This document shows, in pieces, positions 1-12,109 of a stretch of 64,000 nucleotides of DNA (the first letter of the stretch is position 1; each line of letters opens with the position of its first letter). This DNA comes from Antedon mediterranea (lineage: Eukaryota > Animalia > Echinodermata). The DNA is taken from NCBI RefSeq assembly GCF_964355755.1, contig NC_092674.1:23374001-23438000 (forward strand). Reading direction: 5' to 3'. The position numbers and the translations under genes are program-made. A model generated the notes under the pieces. It saw only the letters and a program-made list of their open reading frames with translations, had not been told where the DNA came from and did no database searches.

Positions 1-493
1 GAACAGAATATCAATTAAGTTCTGTAGGCATTCGCATTTAAAATTGCAGTTGTCTAAGAACTTAATTGTTCATAGTAAAATGTAGGTATATACCAAACGC
101 CAAATTTCACACCTTTAAAGCGTTGTATCGGGTCCAATGTAAATGTAAACGCACGTGTATGTCGCCATGGTGAAACAATCCAGTGTACCAATAATTGATA
201 CTTCATTATCACTTAAATCGTGACATCATCTTCAGCACCGTCCTCATAATCATTTTATTTACCTTCTAAAATGACCGTGTGCGATTAAAGGAAGTTCAAG
301 ATGTACTGCTTTATAACTATTTCTTTCCACACGTCGTACATGTTGGAGTTTAGACGTCCAAATGTGAGCACACCCCTTCTAAAAAAACACGTTTCCATCC
401 CCCGGGCCGCGATATTTGTTTTCGTACATAAGTTGGGGACCCTCATGAAACGTCACAAAATAAACATGAATATTCATTAGTCGGTTTCCATTC

Positions 494-672
494 AGCGTGG
501 TTCCCACTAGCGACGCAACACAAGGACGAAACGCAACGCAAGTGAACTGACTAATCACAAGCGATGGCTTATTCGCTTGTGATTGCTAACTGTCTATAAC
601 TTCGCTTGACATTGGTTAAAACGCTAGCGTTGCGTTTACGTCCTTGTGTTACGTTCTAGTGGAAACCAAGCT
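494..672 (+). mobile_element. MITE family A (PIF/Harbinger-Tourist-like)
   Basis: TIR agcgtggttcccactag...ctagtggaaaccaagct, ~180 bp, with many near-identical copies in the window. Confidence 0.85.
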
Positions 673-730
673 TAAGGTGTGACGTAAGAATTGAGCTAAT
701 TACAATTCGCTAATGCATACGCTTTCTGTC

Positions 731-786
731 GAGCCGTCTGTGTAGTCGAGTGGATTAGATTATGGGGTTCGAATCCCATGAGCAAC
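731..786 (+). other. tRNA-derived fragment (SINE head or tRNA pseudogene)
   Basis: A-box-like tagtcgagtgg and B-box ggttcgaatccc, but no anticodon arm. Confidence 0.45.
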
Positions 787-817
787 TTCTTTTTACTTTA
801 TAGTGAGCTAGAGGTTA

Positions 818-986
818 AGCTTGGTTCTCACTAGAACGTAACGCAAGGACGTAAACGCAACGCAAGCGTTTTAACCAATGACAAGCGAAGTTATAGACAG
901 TTAGCTCACAAGCGAATAAGCCATCGCTTGTGATTAGTCAATTCACTTGCGTTGCGTTGTGTTGCGTCGCTAGTGGGAACCACGCT
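818..986 (-). mobile_element. MITE family A, inverted relative to 494-672
   Basis: Reverse complement of the family A consensus; tta on both flanks. Confidence 0.85.
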
Positions 987-2859
987 TTATTTAGAGGGTT
1001 ACGGTTAGTTATATTTAGGAAATAGTTCGGCTATCTTACACATAAGAGGTCCCCAACTTATATACGAAAAATAAAATCGCCCACGGCGGGCCATCCCCTC
1101 TCCCTATTCCTCCTGTTTTTTCATCATTTCTTTAACAATCATTATCATTCTCTCTGTGATGTTGATTTAAAAGAGATGTTCGTGGTCATCGTCTTGACCA
1201 CCACCACTACAACAAGCACGATCATTGTTGTTACCGTGGCACCTCTTGGGTTCTTACCATCAACATTACCACCGTCATCTTTGTTACCGCGGCACCTCTT
1301 GCGTTTTGCTGCCATCATTAATCATTAAAATGTACAAAACGAAGTTCAATTGACTTTATGAAACATAGACGTAACATTTACTTAATATATAATTTAGGTT
1401 TTACTTGGGGTCACGCTATAGCTTCAGATAAAAGGAATTCAGTCAAGAATGATTGAGAATGATCAATACGATGAATCACTAGCGTCAGACGTGCCAAAAG
1501 GCAAACAAAATAAATGTCGATACAGGCAGACAGACAGCTCATTAGCTGGTGTAGTATTGATGACACAAAAGAAGTACGTGATGTTCAAAGAATGCACGAA
1601 GGGTCGGGCCAACGTCTGGAGACGAAGCGTCGTTGAGTTTTCGTGCATTCCTTGCCCAATATAACTTTCACTGATAATAATCCTATTCGGTACCGTGTTA
1701 GTGGTGACGTAGACCTAGATAATGTTTCAATCTCACTATTTTCTATTTGAAGGTCCAAATCCCGCCTGACCATTACATTTCCTTTTGTGAGTATTTTTTT
1801 TATTTATTTATACTACAATTACAATTTTATCTTTATTATCATTTATCCTCCATTTCATTTCACCTTCGCTTAGTTCTTAGGCCTAGATATTTAAAGGAAT
1901 ATCTAAATAGCCTATATATGGTACAACAAAGGCTTGGTACAAATAAATATAAACAAGCTGGAAAATTAATTAAAAGAAATCCTATAAACTAGACCTATAC
2001 TGTACCAGAAATAAAAATTGGTTGAGATAATCACGAACACGACTATATAAGAGTGTTAGGTATCTCCAACTATAGCTGGCGTTTTCAGTTTCTGGCTAAT
2101 ATCAAGAATAACAAATGAAACAGATCATTTCATGTAATTAGTCTATTTTATTTTGAAACCATGGATTTTCATTTTGAAATATCTGATAAACCTGGTTTTG
2201 TTTCTGTTATCCTCTGTTTGTTTCTAAGTTTTGTGTTTGTATATTTCTTTTAAGTGTCTAGACACATTTTATTTCTAAATTTAACAAAAAAGTCAAGCAC
2301 GGAAAGATGTGGATGCGCACACGCTTGAACTTTGTTCCATTAGGGCGTAACCGCAATGACGTAAGCGAGTTGACCAATGGCAAGCGAGAGGTCGAATTGC
2401 TTCCGTGTCATTGTGGTGCGTACTAGTGTGAACCGAGCTTTAGCGGGAAATACACGTTAATTCTAATACACCTTAATTCTCTTGCATTCAATAAATGATC
2501 CTGGATTTTAAAATGATAGGAGTAGAGGGTCTTACTTAGAATTAGTAAATATCATGCTGCTGAATGAAACTATGATTTTCTGAAAGTTACACGCAACAAT
2601 GCGTATAATTTAATTAGGCCTATTGAAATGTATTGTTGATGATTGGAAACCTGAAATAATTTCATTTTGTTTAATTCCACGGCTCCACTGTTGCATGTAA
2701 GCTAAGCTCTCAGGCCCTCCTTGTGTCTTAACCTCTCCTTTCTTTGCTTTCCTTGCACAGGTAGAAAACGTCGCTTTTGTCTTCTCCTTTTTAGTTTAAC
2801 CTACCATCATCTCACAGACAAAATGGTGAATGTTATGGGATCAACCACCGAGTGAATAT

Positions 2860-3400
2860 AAAGAACAATAATGAATGTTTTATATTTGTAAACATTGTAA
2901 TCATAAACATTCATTATTTTGTATATCGATGTAGGCGCGCCTATGCTAATTACTCTCCCCCTTTTTTTCTCAGAAACCTCCAGCAGCCCGTACTTAGCAT
3001 TAGGCACGGATGAATAAAAGTGCAACAATGAATGCCATGTGGCTAATAAAAGAAAACAAATACTGAATGTTTTATATTTGTATAATGGTGCATTTCATTA
3101 TTTGTATCATTGAATTCATAAACATTCATTATTTTGTATAATATCGATGTATGTTCTACGAATCCTCCATCACCCCGTACTTAAGCGTGGTTCCCATTGC
3201 AACGCAACGCAGCTACGTATTGACGCAATAGTGCTGCAAACACCGCAGGTTTGATTTCACGCAGGAGGGGGAAAACACAATTATTAAAAGGGCATTTTCT
3301 AACGTTGCGTTGGTTGCGTTACGTTGCGTCGCTAGTGGGAACCAAGCTTTATAGGCACGGATGACAAATAGTGCAACAATGCCAATGCCGTGTGGCTTTG
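2860..3400. repeat. Local tandem duplication (~190 bp) with a MITE in the second copy
   Basis: tgaatgtttt..atatttgta...cataaacattcattattttgtata...cccgtactta...taggcacggatga...gtgcaacaatg...gtggct occurs twice. Confidence 0.75.
3184..3348. mobile_element. MITE related to family A (same TIR, different core)
   Basis: TIR agcgtggttcccattgc...gctagtgggaaccaagct; tta on both flanks. Confidence 0.75.
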
Positions 3401-3804
3401 TTCTACAGTAATTGATATTTACTGTTCGTCATGATCTACAGAAGCAGACAATGGAATTAATAGATAATCTATACACTCGCGTCCTGCACTTCCCAAAAAT
3501 CACAACTTTACGTATAGAATTTGTTGTTGAAACTGACACCCGTTGTATTTAAATATGAAAAGAAGAACCAAACCCTAGTTGTTGATGTATATTCCCAAAC
3601 GCCATTGTTCACGCTGGAAAAGTGGATGTTGTTCGTTGGTGGTTAACAATTAACTTCTTCTAAAGTCTTTACTTGTGAAAATAATGTTGAATTGTTAATG
3701 AAAAATGTAAGTATCGTAGTACAATCGTGCACGTAACGATTTTTTAGTAGCCACAAGCGCAATAGGCATATTATGATGTGATTTTATTTTTTGATCGTGT
3801 TTTG

Positions 3805-3915
3805 GAGGTTGGGCCGGGCTACTGATCGTGAGATCATGGGTTCGATTCCTTTATCCTTGGGAAAGACACTTTATACGTTTGCCACCCAGGTGTAGGCCTA
3901 TGGGTACCTGGTAAC
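3805..3915 (+). mobile_element. tRNA-derived SINE fragment
   Basis: B-box ggttcgattcc followed by the SINE-body-like tccttgggaaagacacttt...ccacccaggtgta...tgggtacc. Confidence 0.55.
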
Positions 3916-4124
3916 CCCTTACTCGTAAATGTACTACTACTAGGTTCTTTGTACATGAGCTAGATGTGTACACTGGACCTACGGTTTATATAATATAGTC
4001 CTTATCCGAGAAGACTGGTTCTACCACCAGAATCCTGGAGCGAATGAGTCTCGAACCTTTGGCGATGTTATGGGTACGTAATTACGGTTCCACTGTCTCA
4101 ATCGCTCGGCCACTCACTCACTCC
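3910..4124 (-). mobile_element. tRNA-derived SINE with a Deu/Nin-like central domain
   Basis: Minus strand has A-box tggccgagcg and B-box ggttcgagact, then ctcggataaggacta..taaaccgtaggtcc...aaagaacc...gagtaaggggttacc. A second fragment lies at 51550-51640. Confidence 0.6.
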
Positions 4125-4709
4125 CCCACCCCACCCCTCTCCACTCACTCACTACATAATATAATGCATATGTTTAACGTGTTTCTTTTCATTCTAAATG
4201 TGAGGATGCATTGTGTTTCAGAACGTCTTCCGACGTGTTCCGTCCATCAGTAGCCCTACTAATTCTTTACAATCATTGGATCACTGACATCATGTGACAA
4301 ATTTGTATTTAGCTTAGGGATTTTCAAAAAGCATTGTAGGGTTTTATTGTTTATTCTTGAAACCGAAAGCTCCATCGAAAGATGAGATAAACTCAAAAGA
4401 CTTCCTTATACAAAAACTTCGAGGGAATTTTCTTTAAATCTCAATTTAAACTAGAGTCATGATGATCTAATCATTACTCCATGGTATCATGCATGTTTAT
4501 TCAAACAATAATATTGTTCGTGGGTGTGTCACCTTTTTGTATTTCTGAAATTAATTATCCTTTAACAAATGAGGGAGTGTTTGCACTTCTTGTCATTTGA
4601 TCCTGAACACATGATTAAACGAATGTTCAAATCGCCTGTTTCAACATTAGGACAAAAAACAACAACGATGAGAAGAATTTAAAATAAAATATTTTAGAGC
4701 TCAATCTAA

Positions 4710-4858
4710 AGCCTTGTCTACATTATCAAACTGTAAGTTTTTTTATGTGCCCACATATGGACATGATGATGTCATATCACCATTTGGGAATATCACTACT
4801 ATATTTAGGAACATAACACTCTTTTTTGTCAAACTAGGTTGATAGTGTAGACAGAGCT
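4710..4858. mobile_element. MITE family B (Harbinger-like)
   Basis: TIR agccttgtctacattatcaaact...gttgatagtgtagacagagct. Other copies at ~13840-13997, 19437-19562 and 33551-33657. Confidence 0.75.
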
Positions 4859-5371
4859 TTATACTGTAGAAAAAATGAGGAACAGAAACTGTATAATATG
4901 GATATAAATCAGACGTTGTTTAGAAAAGTCTACAATAGACCTACCAAATTTGTACAATAAAAAAGATCAGAATTAACAGGCAAAAAGTCTGCGGGAAAAT
5001 ACAACTCGTTGTTTAAAGAATTACAGACAGTTCAGAATTCAGAATAGTTGATTTTCATATTTCATGGAATTAATAGTGATACAAATCTGGTCTGTTTCAA
5101 GCAGAAACACACAAAACCAATTCGAAGAAACATCAACGTAGAGAGAATCAATATATGCCTAAAGAAAAAGATTGTAATCATAGTGTAATTTCGTTCTGTC
5201 AGAACATTTGGTTGTTTCGTTCACTATAATGCATCTGCATACACTCCGTGTGGCGGTTGAAATGGTACGAGGGATAGCAATCTCCCGTTATTCCATACAC
5301 GTCGCCTACCATTCCTTTGGCCTAGGTCCACTTATAATAACGGATAAGCGCCCGCTTTATGCGTGCTTATA

Positions 5372-5547
5372 AGCGTAGTTCCCACTCGCGACGCAACACA
5401 AGGACGTGACGTAACGCAACGCAAGTGAATTGACCAATCACAAGCGATGGCTTATTCGCTTGTGATTGCTAACTGTCTATAACTTCGCTTGTCATTGGTT
5501 AAAACTCGTAGCGTTGCGTTACGTTGCGTCCTAGTGGGAACCACGCT
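5372..5547 (+). mobile_element. MITE family A
   Basis: Near-identical to 494-672. Confidence 0.85.
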
Positions 5548-6178
5548 TTAGAGTCCTTGATGACAACATTATTGAGATGAGTTGCTGAATTATAGTATCC
5601 CGTAATTATAAAAGTAATTTGTATACATTGCATGCTACCAACAATTGGATTATTTCTCTTATCAGAATCTTTAATAGTTTTATTGGAAAAAAAAAGATAT
5701 ATCGTCATATTTTAATATTATGTATTAATGTTTTTGTAATAAGATAATGAACTTATTCAATTAATTAATATTCGTTATCACCAGAACGGGCGATTTGGAA
5801 TGTCTTCTATACTTCCAAATATTCTGTAAGTGACGGGTTTCCCGCTATAAGATTTGAATGATATGAAAAACTATAGATGAAAATTAGTTGGTGTTTCGAT
5901 TTCAAATCAATTTGACGTCACATTTAAACAGAATTGATCAATTAAATGTATGTATTGATTTGTTTTGGGAGTGGTTTAGAACTGGCTGTGTTGTTACAGA
6001 TTAAGTGTTTTACAATCAAGTTGTAAAGTGTTTGATCTAGCCTCCATCAAGTCATTAACCCGCACATTAATGTGATATGTTTGCATAATGAATAAACAAA
6101 CACTGACGCAACCACATTGTTATTTTTGTTGACCATGAGTCAAGCGTCTAGACGTTTTGACCTATTTTTGAACTTTAA

Positions 6179-6594
6179 AGATGCAGATTAATACAATTCA
6201 GACTTTGAATTTGCCATTTTGCAATTTGACTATTTTTTTTTGCTTAAAATTTTAGATTTTTCAGGTAAATATTTGTTTTTTTTATCCAATTTTTGGTCAA
6301 AGTGAATAACTATTTGACATGAAAATAATGGTATGGATATTCAACAAAAAGTATCATAATTATTATGGTATTCGTTTTTGTGTTAATAATAATATATTCT
6401 CATTTAAAGCAAAATTTAGTCAAATTGGCTGCCAGCCAATGGGTTTTTGGTTGAATTTAACCATTTATTTTGTCATTTTATAATTGAAAATCATTAATTG
6501 ATTGACTGTATTAAAACTACAAAACAATCTATTCAAAGTATGATTTTATTAATCTTTATTTTGTTTTCATGTTTTTGGGGACAATACATCTTTA
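6179..6594. mobile_element. MITE family C (TTAA-flanked, Kolobok-like)
   Basis: Ends ggggacaatacatct-ttaa. Internal sequence is shared with 16972-17257, 53114-53480 and ~11620-11805. Confidence 0.6.
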
Positions 6595-6807
6595 ATGTAT
6601 ATTTTTTTTATTAGTAGACACAATTACAGACAGTACAGTATTGTTACGGATACAATTACGACTGCATCAGTAATACAAAAAACGCCCTCCATAGAAGGAA
6701 AAGTAAAACTTTTCACCAATTACGGAAGATCAACAAATGTTATGTTTAATAACGCATTCTTTAATTGTCTTAATCGTATATATTTTTATTTTTGTGTGTT
6801 AGAAACA

Positions 6808-7935
6808 ATGACGACAGTTGAAAGCCTTGCAGACGATTTGCGAGAGGAGTTTCTTACTTGTTCTTTGTGCTTTTCAAGATTTCACAAACCGAAGTTGCTC
6901 CCTTGCCAACACACCTTCTGTTCCCCATGTCTTATGAAATGGATAAACACTAAAACATCTCATTACAAAATAGAATGTCCCATGTGTAGAGAAGAGAGTA
7001 CTCTTCCACATGGAGGAGTCCATGCGTTGCCAGAAAGTTTCTTTGCTGTAGGCTTGATGGACTTTTTAGATTCTCGTCTGCAAGATTCAACGGACGCATT
7101 ACGCGCGGGCCTTTTTCATCAGTTTGGAAGAAAAGGCAACTCAGACGGACAGCTTTACAAACCTCAAGGAATTGCGGCCTGTCAGTCAGGCAATATTCTG
7201 GTAACCGACTGTAAGAATAGGATTCAGATATTTTCAAGTGTTGGCAAGTTTTTAAACAAGTATTCATTTGATGATTTGGAGAAGAAATTTTCGCCTTGTT
7301 GCGTTACAGTCACGAAGCATTTGTCGCCTGACCAATCAGAGTGGGTGCTCGTGTCAGATGTAAATAACAAACAAGTGATGTTATGCGAACTAGACGGTAA
7401 TGTCGTGCGTCACATTGGAAGGGATGACCTCCAAATGCCTGGTGGCGTCGCCGTTACGAGCGACGGTATAATTCACGTTGTAGACGTCTACGCGAATTTA
7501 ATTCGTTCGTATACCGTACATGGAGTTGCTGTGAGAACATTTGGTGGATCTGGAGTACGCGAAGGGTCCTTCCAAACTCCGAAATATATTGCCGTAGCCA
7601 AAAATGACCGCTTGGTTGTCTCTGACTCGCTAAACCATCGGATCCAAATATTTGATTCGACGGGACATTTTCGTCGTTCAATCGGTACTCGTAGTAAGGA
7701 CAGCGGAGGCTTTAAATCACCGACGGGGGTTGCTGTTGACAGTAATAACAATATATTAATAGCAGACGGCCAGAATCATAGTCTGCAGCTCTTTGACCCG
7801 TTTGGACGGTTATTAAAACGAATTGATGACGACATTGACGATTTGTCGCACCCGGAAAGTGTAACTATTGGTATCGACGGCAGTGTTTTGGTCGCAGACG
7901 CCGGAAACCATAGTGTGAAAGTGTTCAGATATTAA
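6808..7935 (+). CDS. RING finger (C3HC4) plus ~6 NHL repeats, TRIM2/3-like putative E3 ubiquitin ligase, 375 aa, single coding exon
   Basis: RING motif CSLC..PCQHTFCSPC..CPMC. NHL repeats FGRKG..GQLYKPQGIA, FQTPKYIAV, FKSPTGVAVD. A pyrimidine tract and AG acceptor at 6801-6802 precede ATG 6808, so the ORF extension back to 6595 is probably intronic. Confidence 0.9.
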   Translation: MTTVESLADDLREEFLTCSLCFSRFHKPKLLPCQHTFCSPCLMKWINTKTSHYKIECPMCREESTLPHGGVHALPESFFAVGLMDFLDSRLQDSTDALRAGLFHQFGRKGNSDGQLYKPQGIAACQSGNILVTDCKNRIQIFSSVGKFLNKYSFDDLEKKFSPCCVTVTKHLSPDQSEWVLVSDVNNKQVMLCELDGNVVRHIGRDDLQMPGGVAVTSDGIIHVVDVYANLIRSYTVHGVAVRTFGGSGVREGSFQTPKYIAVAKNDRLVVSDSLNHRIQIFDSTGHFRRSIGTRSKDSGGFKSPTGVAVDSNNNILIADGQNHSLQLFDPFGRLLKRIDDDIDDLSHPESVTIGIDGSVLVADAGNHSVKVFRY

Positions 7936-8630
7936 AACCCGGATGAGGAATTGATCTCACGAGGTTTAACGTTACGGTACTATGGAAACAATGTAAATAT
8001 TTGTATCCTGAATAATTAACAAACAATCATTAATAAATTGCCTTTTGATACAATGTAATTGTACATTAAACAATATTAAAGGATATAAAAATCGTATTTC
8101 TAGAATGATTACAAATAATGTATTAATAGATGTAATTTCCCCCAGATACGTAATGTAAAATAAAAATTAATCAAATCAGACTTTGAATAAACGATTTTGT
8201 AGTTTTGATAAAGCTATTCATTTCCGTAGAAAGAAAAACGAACAAAACATTATGATTTCACTTTCACGTAAAATTATAGACAATATGAAATTTTTGCTTT
8301 TAAATATTATTTTTATTTATATACATTTTTTGATCCAATTTTTGTCAAAGTGAATAACTATATTATGTAAAATTAAATGGCAACAATTAAAAACATTGTA
8401 TTCTCACGACCGGTCAATGTACCTTTATACCGGTCAAATCGTGTCCAGACGAATGACGACTAGTACAATTAAGTTTGTTTCTTTTTTAGAGTGTGTTTTT
8501 ATTTAGAAGCTGTTGAACCCGGATGTGGGATATTTCTCGGGTTTAACGGTACGGTATTAACAGACGATGTAAACATTATGTACCCGGAATATATAAAAAA
8601 AAACATCATTAATAACAATTGCCTTTTGCT
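7936..8630 (+). repeat. Duplicated ~115-bp segment starting at the RING-NHL stop codon
   Basis: aacccggatg..gg....ggtttaacg.tacggta...atgtaaa...catcattaata..attgccttttg at 7937-8048 and 8516-8628. Confidence 0.65.
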
Positions 8631-8894
8631 ATCAATAGGCCTATATTACCAAATGAAAATTCTATTTTAATTCTAAACAGAAATTGGATTCATAGCATCC
8701 ACATGTTACGTTAGGGATACCAAGAAAGGCAAACGTTGCTGACCCTGTAGTCTGGCTTCCAGGTGGAGTATTGACTTAATATAGTAAAAAGATACATATT
8801 TTGGCACGTATGGCGTTTCATACGTATAATACTTGAGCTTCAGACAAAAATCGAAACGTTAATAAAGTTTGAGTTTAATAAACAAACGTGTATT

Positions 8895-9236
8895 TGTGTG
8901 GCCTGTTTGTTGTAAACAATCCCAACCAATGAAACGAAATGTAGGCCTCATAGAATCTATTAATATCTATATAAAAAACTACCACGAGATATACATAGGA
9001 ATAAATGATATGTATTGTTAAGCTATAAAAAGACTACAAGCACTGTACAATTATCTGCATAATATTTATCTGTCTGTGTGGCTTAATAAGTGTAAACAAT
9101 CCCAACCAATGAAAAGAAATGTAGGCATCCTAGAATCCATTAATATGTTTTTAAAAACTACCACGAGATATACATAGAAATAAAATTAATGATATGTATT
9201 TTTTAAACTATAAAAGACCACTAAGCACTGTACAAT
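8895..9236. repeat. Two-copy tandem duplication (~180 bp)
   Basis: tgtaaacaatcccaaccaatgaaa.gaaatgtaggc...aaaactaccacgagatatacatag...aagcactgtacaat occurs twice. Confidence 0.85.
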
Positions 9237-10631
9237 AAACGTCCGGGATTTTCACTACCATATTTGAACAAAAAAAAATTGACTTTTACAAACTCTGAGA
9301 AACGGAACGATGAGATCATCAATTCAGAATAAAATATTGGTAATTGAAGGGAGAAATAGGTTCACCGTATTTAATTATTTTTCTAAATAAATCTATTTAG
9401 GACTAAGTCACTCAACATTAAATTTATTTTGGTTTGGAAGAAGCTAAAATGATAATAATTTTCTATCATTTTAATTCATTACAAATCTTAACCTAAAACA
9501 CATTCGTTTTTAGAGTAAATACAGCGTCATATGTGATATTGTACCTATAATAGATACTGGTATGAGACGCTGGAATTAGTCTAAATACAATTGGTAGAAT
9601 AATCATTATTCCATGGTTGGTCTAAGTAAAGAAGACTGCGTCGGGATATTTAAACCCTCCCTCAGAAAAACCTCCACCTTAAAATAAAGATTCATTATTG
9701 CAAATGTTCTTAAAGCAATTTTATAGAGGTTTAAAATGTGTTAAATTTAGTGTGTATAAAATAAAGTATTTTTCAGTCGAGCGCCAAATACATGCCACAA
9801 CAAGGATCCGTTCCTTACCCAAACAATTTGGATGTAGCCACATGTACATTTGCATATTAAACGATCAGAACGGAGGCAAAAATAACAGTTAGATCAACGT
9901 ATTCGACAGGGATTTATTGACAGAAATAAGATGTAGGCCTATATTTCATTGACGCTTTTATATAATAGGAATTTTACATTGTTATCATCTAACTACATGC
10001 TTGCCCGGCGGGGCAAGGCGAAGTTTCTGTCTTTATGGATTTATATATATTTAAAAGTCATGATTCTCAATGGCCTTTTAGAAGCAGGACCGGGCTAGGA
10101 TTCACTAAAATGGCGGTAAGTAGGCTACGGTACGATAAAAACTTCTCTAATGTTTTACGTTATGCCTAAAACATATCATAAGTTTATGGGTGCCAGTAGG
10201 GCCAGAATAGACAATGTATAAATATGCAGAAATGATAAGCAGAAACGCGGAAAGTACAAATACATTATCGGAACGTACAAACGCAAACGCGAAACGGACA
10301 CATACAAACGAGGTACGGACCGTCACGCAAACGCAGAAATGACATAATGAGTTAGGCCTCCTGTTGTACGCGACATGCATGACGAAATGATGTAACAACA
10401 ATTTTATATATTATTGACGGAGAATAAACGGGAAATCCCTTTTTATTCTATACCCGGAAACAACGGTAATGAAAACGCTGTATTGTGCCTTTGTTAAAGA
10501 TAACAATAAGCTATAGTGACAATTGTGTTTACACCCCCTATAGAGATAGTATTGTTATTATCATAAACAACTCAATGGAGTTACAGCGGAAAATCCCACA
10601 TTCATTAATAATATCTAAATTAAACCAATCA

Positions 10632-10767
10632 TATGGCGCGCCAAGCTGTCATTTATTCAGGCAATAGAGATATTTTGAAATAGAGATCTTTGACTAAGAT
10701 ATCTTAAATAAAGATAATAATATCATTATTTCCGAAATTCCGATAGACGACAGCTTGGCGCGCCATA
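10632..10767. mobile_element. Small MITE with a perfect 19-bp TIR
   Basis: tatggcgcgccaagctgtc ... gacagcttggcgcgccata. Confidence 0.7.
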
Positions 10768-12109
10768 CAATTACAATCAATTTAAAATGTATAAATGTTT
10801 AAAAATGTGTTTGTAAACACATAGAATTAAGTCTTTTGCAACCTACTTTGTAAAGCTTATGAAAAAAGAAAAACCTGTATGTCCGGAAATAATATAGATC
10901 GTATTATGTAAAATGGGCCGGAGGCCATTGTTTATTGAAATATAAGAAAGAAAGAAAATTAGCAATTATTTTTGGAATCTCGAATAATGATGTTTTGTAG
11001 CCATGGAAAGTGTCAAGTCATAGTGATTAGCTAATGTAGTAACAACATTGTTCTTTACATGCACAAAGCAATTTGTGCTTGAAGAAACGGGAAATATTTT
11101 TTAAGTAACCAGTAAAGTTATTAGCTTTTGCCAATTTTACAAATTCCTTTATTGTTTTATTTATTCTTGCAAACTACAGCGGTTTACCGCATTACACACA
11201 TTTTAAACAAATATATTATGGAATGATTCAAGAAAATGTTTAATTTTGATCTAAAGGTTTGTGTATTGTCTTTTTTACGTTAATGTATGATATATTATGA
11301 AAATTTAAAAAAAAAGTAATACTTATATATAAAAAAAAAATCAAAACAGATCCCCTCTCATTCTCATTTTAAAATTACATCAAGAATTTAGATCATCTGC
11401 AATGGCAATTTATATTTAGTTCAGTAAGATCTCATGACCGCTCAAAATCAGTGCGAATATAACAAGTGTCAGTTCTGAATCAACAAATAAATATTATAAT
11501 TATTTATTGTTCATGTCAAAGGTCAGTAGCAATTTTTTTAATTTTCTGAAAAAAAGTTCTAATTGGACTTATCTTCTGACCAGTTTGAACCAGCCATGGA
11601 CATTTGTAATATCAGGGGTTACTTATAAAGAGACAGAAAACAAAGTCAACCAAAAACCCATTGGCTGGCCACCAGTCAATTTAAATATTGTTTGCTTTAA
11701 ATGTAGAGTTTTTAGGGTAAATAATGTTTTTTCAATCCAATTTTTGGTCAAAGTGAATAACAACTATGGAACATCAAAATGGCCAGGGGGACAAAACATC
11801 TTTAAGATTGACAACTGAAAGATAATAGTATTTCGGCCTCTTTTAGAAAATCAGTTCAAGCGAATGTATAATATTCCAAAATATGTCATTATCCAAGATG
11901 GAATTTTATTTAAAAACGTCAGAGTGTATCGTCGAAAAATTAAATGCCAACATGGTTGAATTTGTACAAAATGTAGATTGTGTTTATCGGATGCACGCGT
12001 GTTTTTCTATGAAAACCATATAGAACAACATAATATAAAACAATATTTTATGAGACAATTCCAAGAAAATGGTGATCATTGAATCCCAAGAACGGCCCAT
12101 AAAGTATTA

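Larger units (their letters stand above)
401..1090. mobile_element. Non-autonomous inverted-repeat element containing two nested MITEs
   Basis: Left arm ttttcgtacataagttggggacc (~419-441) is the inverted complement of ggtccccaacttatatacgaaaa (~1048-1070). Termini are CCCG...CGGG, and ccatcc flanks both sides (395-400, 1091-1096). Confidence 0.6.

Noticed and set aside
731-786. Functional tRNA gene
   Set aside because: Too short, with no anticodon arm or acceptor stem.
6595-6807. N-terminal 71 aa of the 446-aa ORF
   Set aside because: AT-rich, begins at a MITE end and precedes a good splice acceptor; ATG 6808 fits a RING-first protein.
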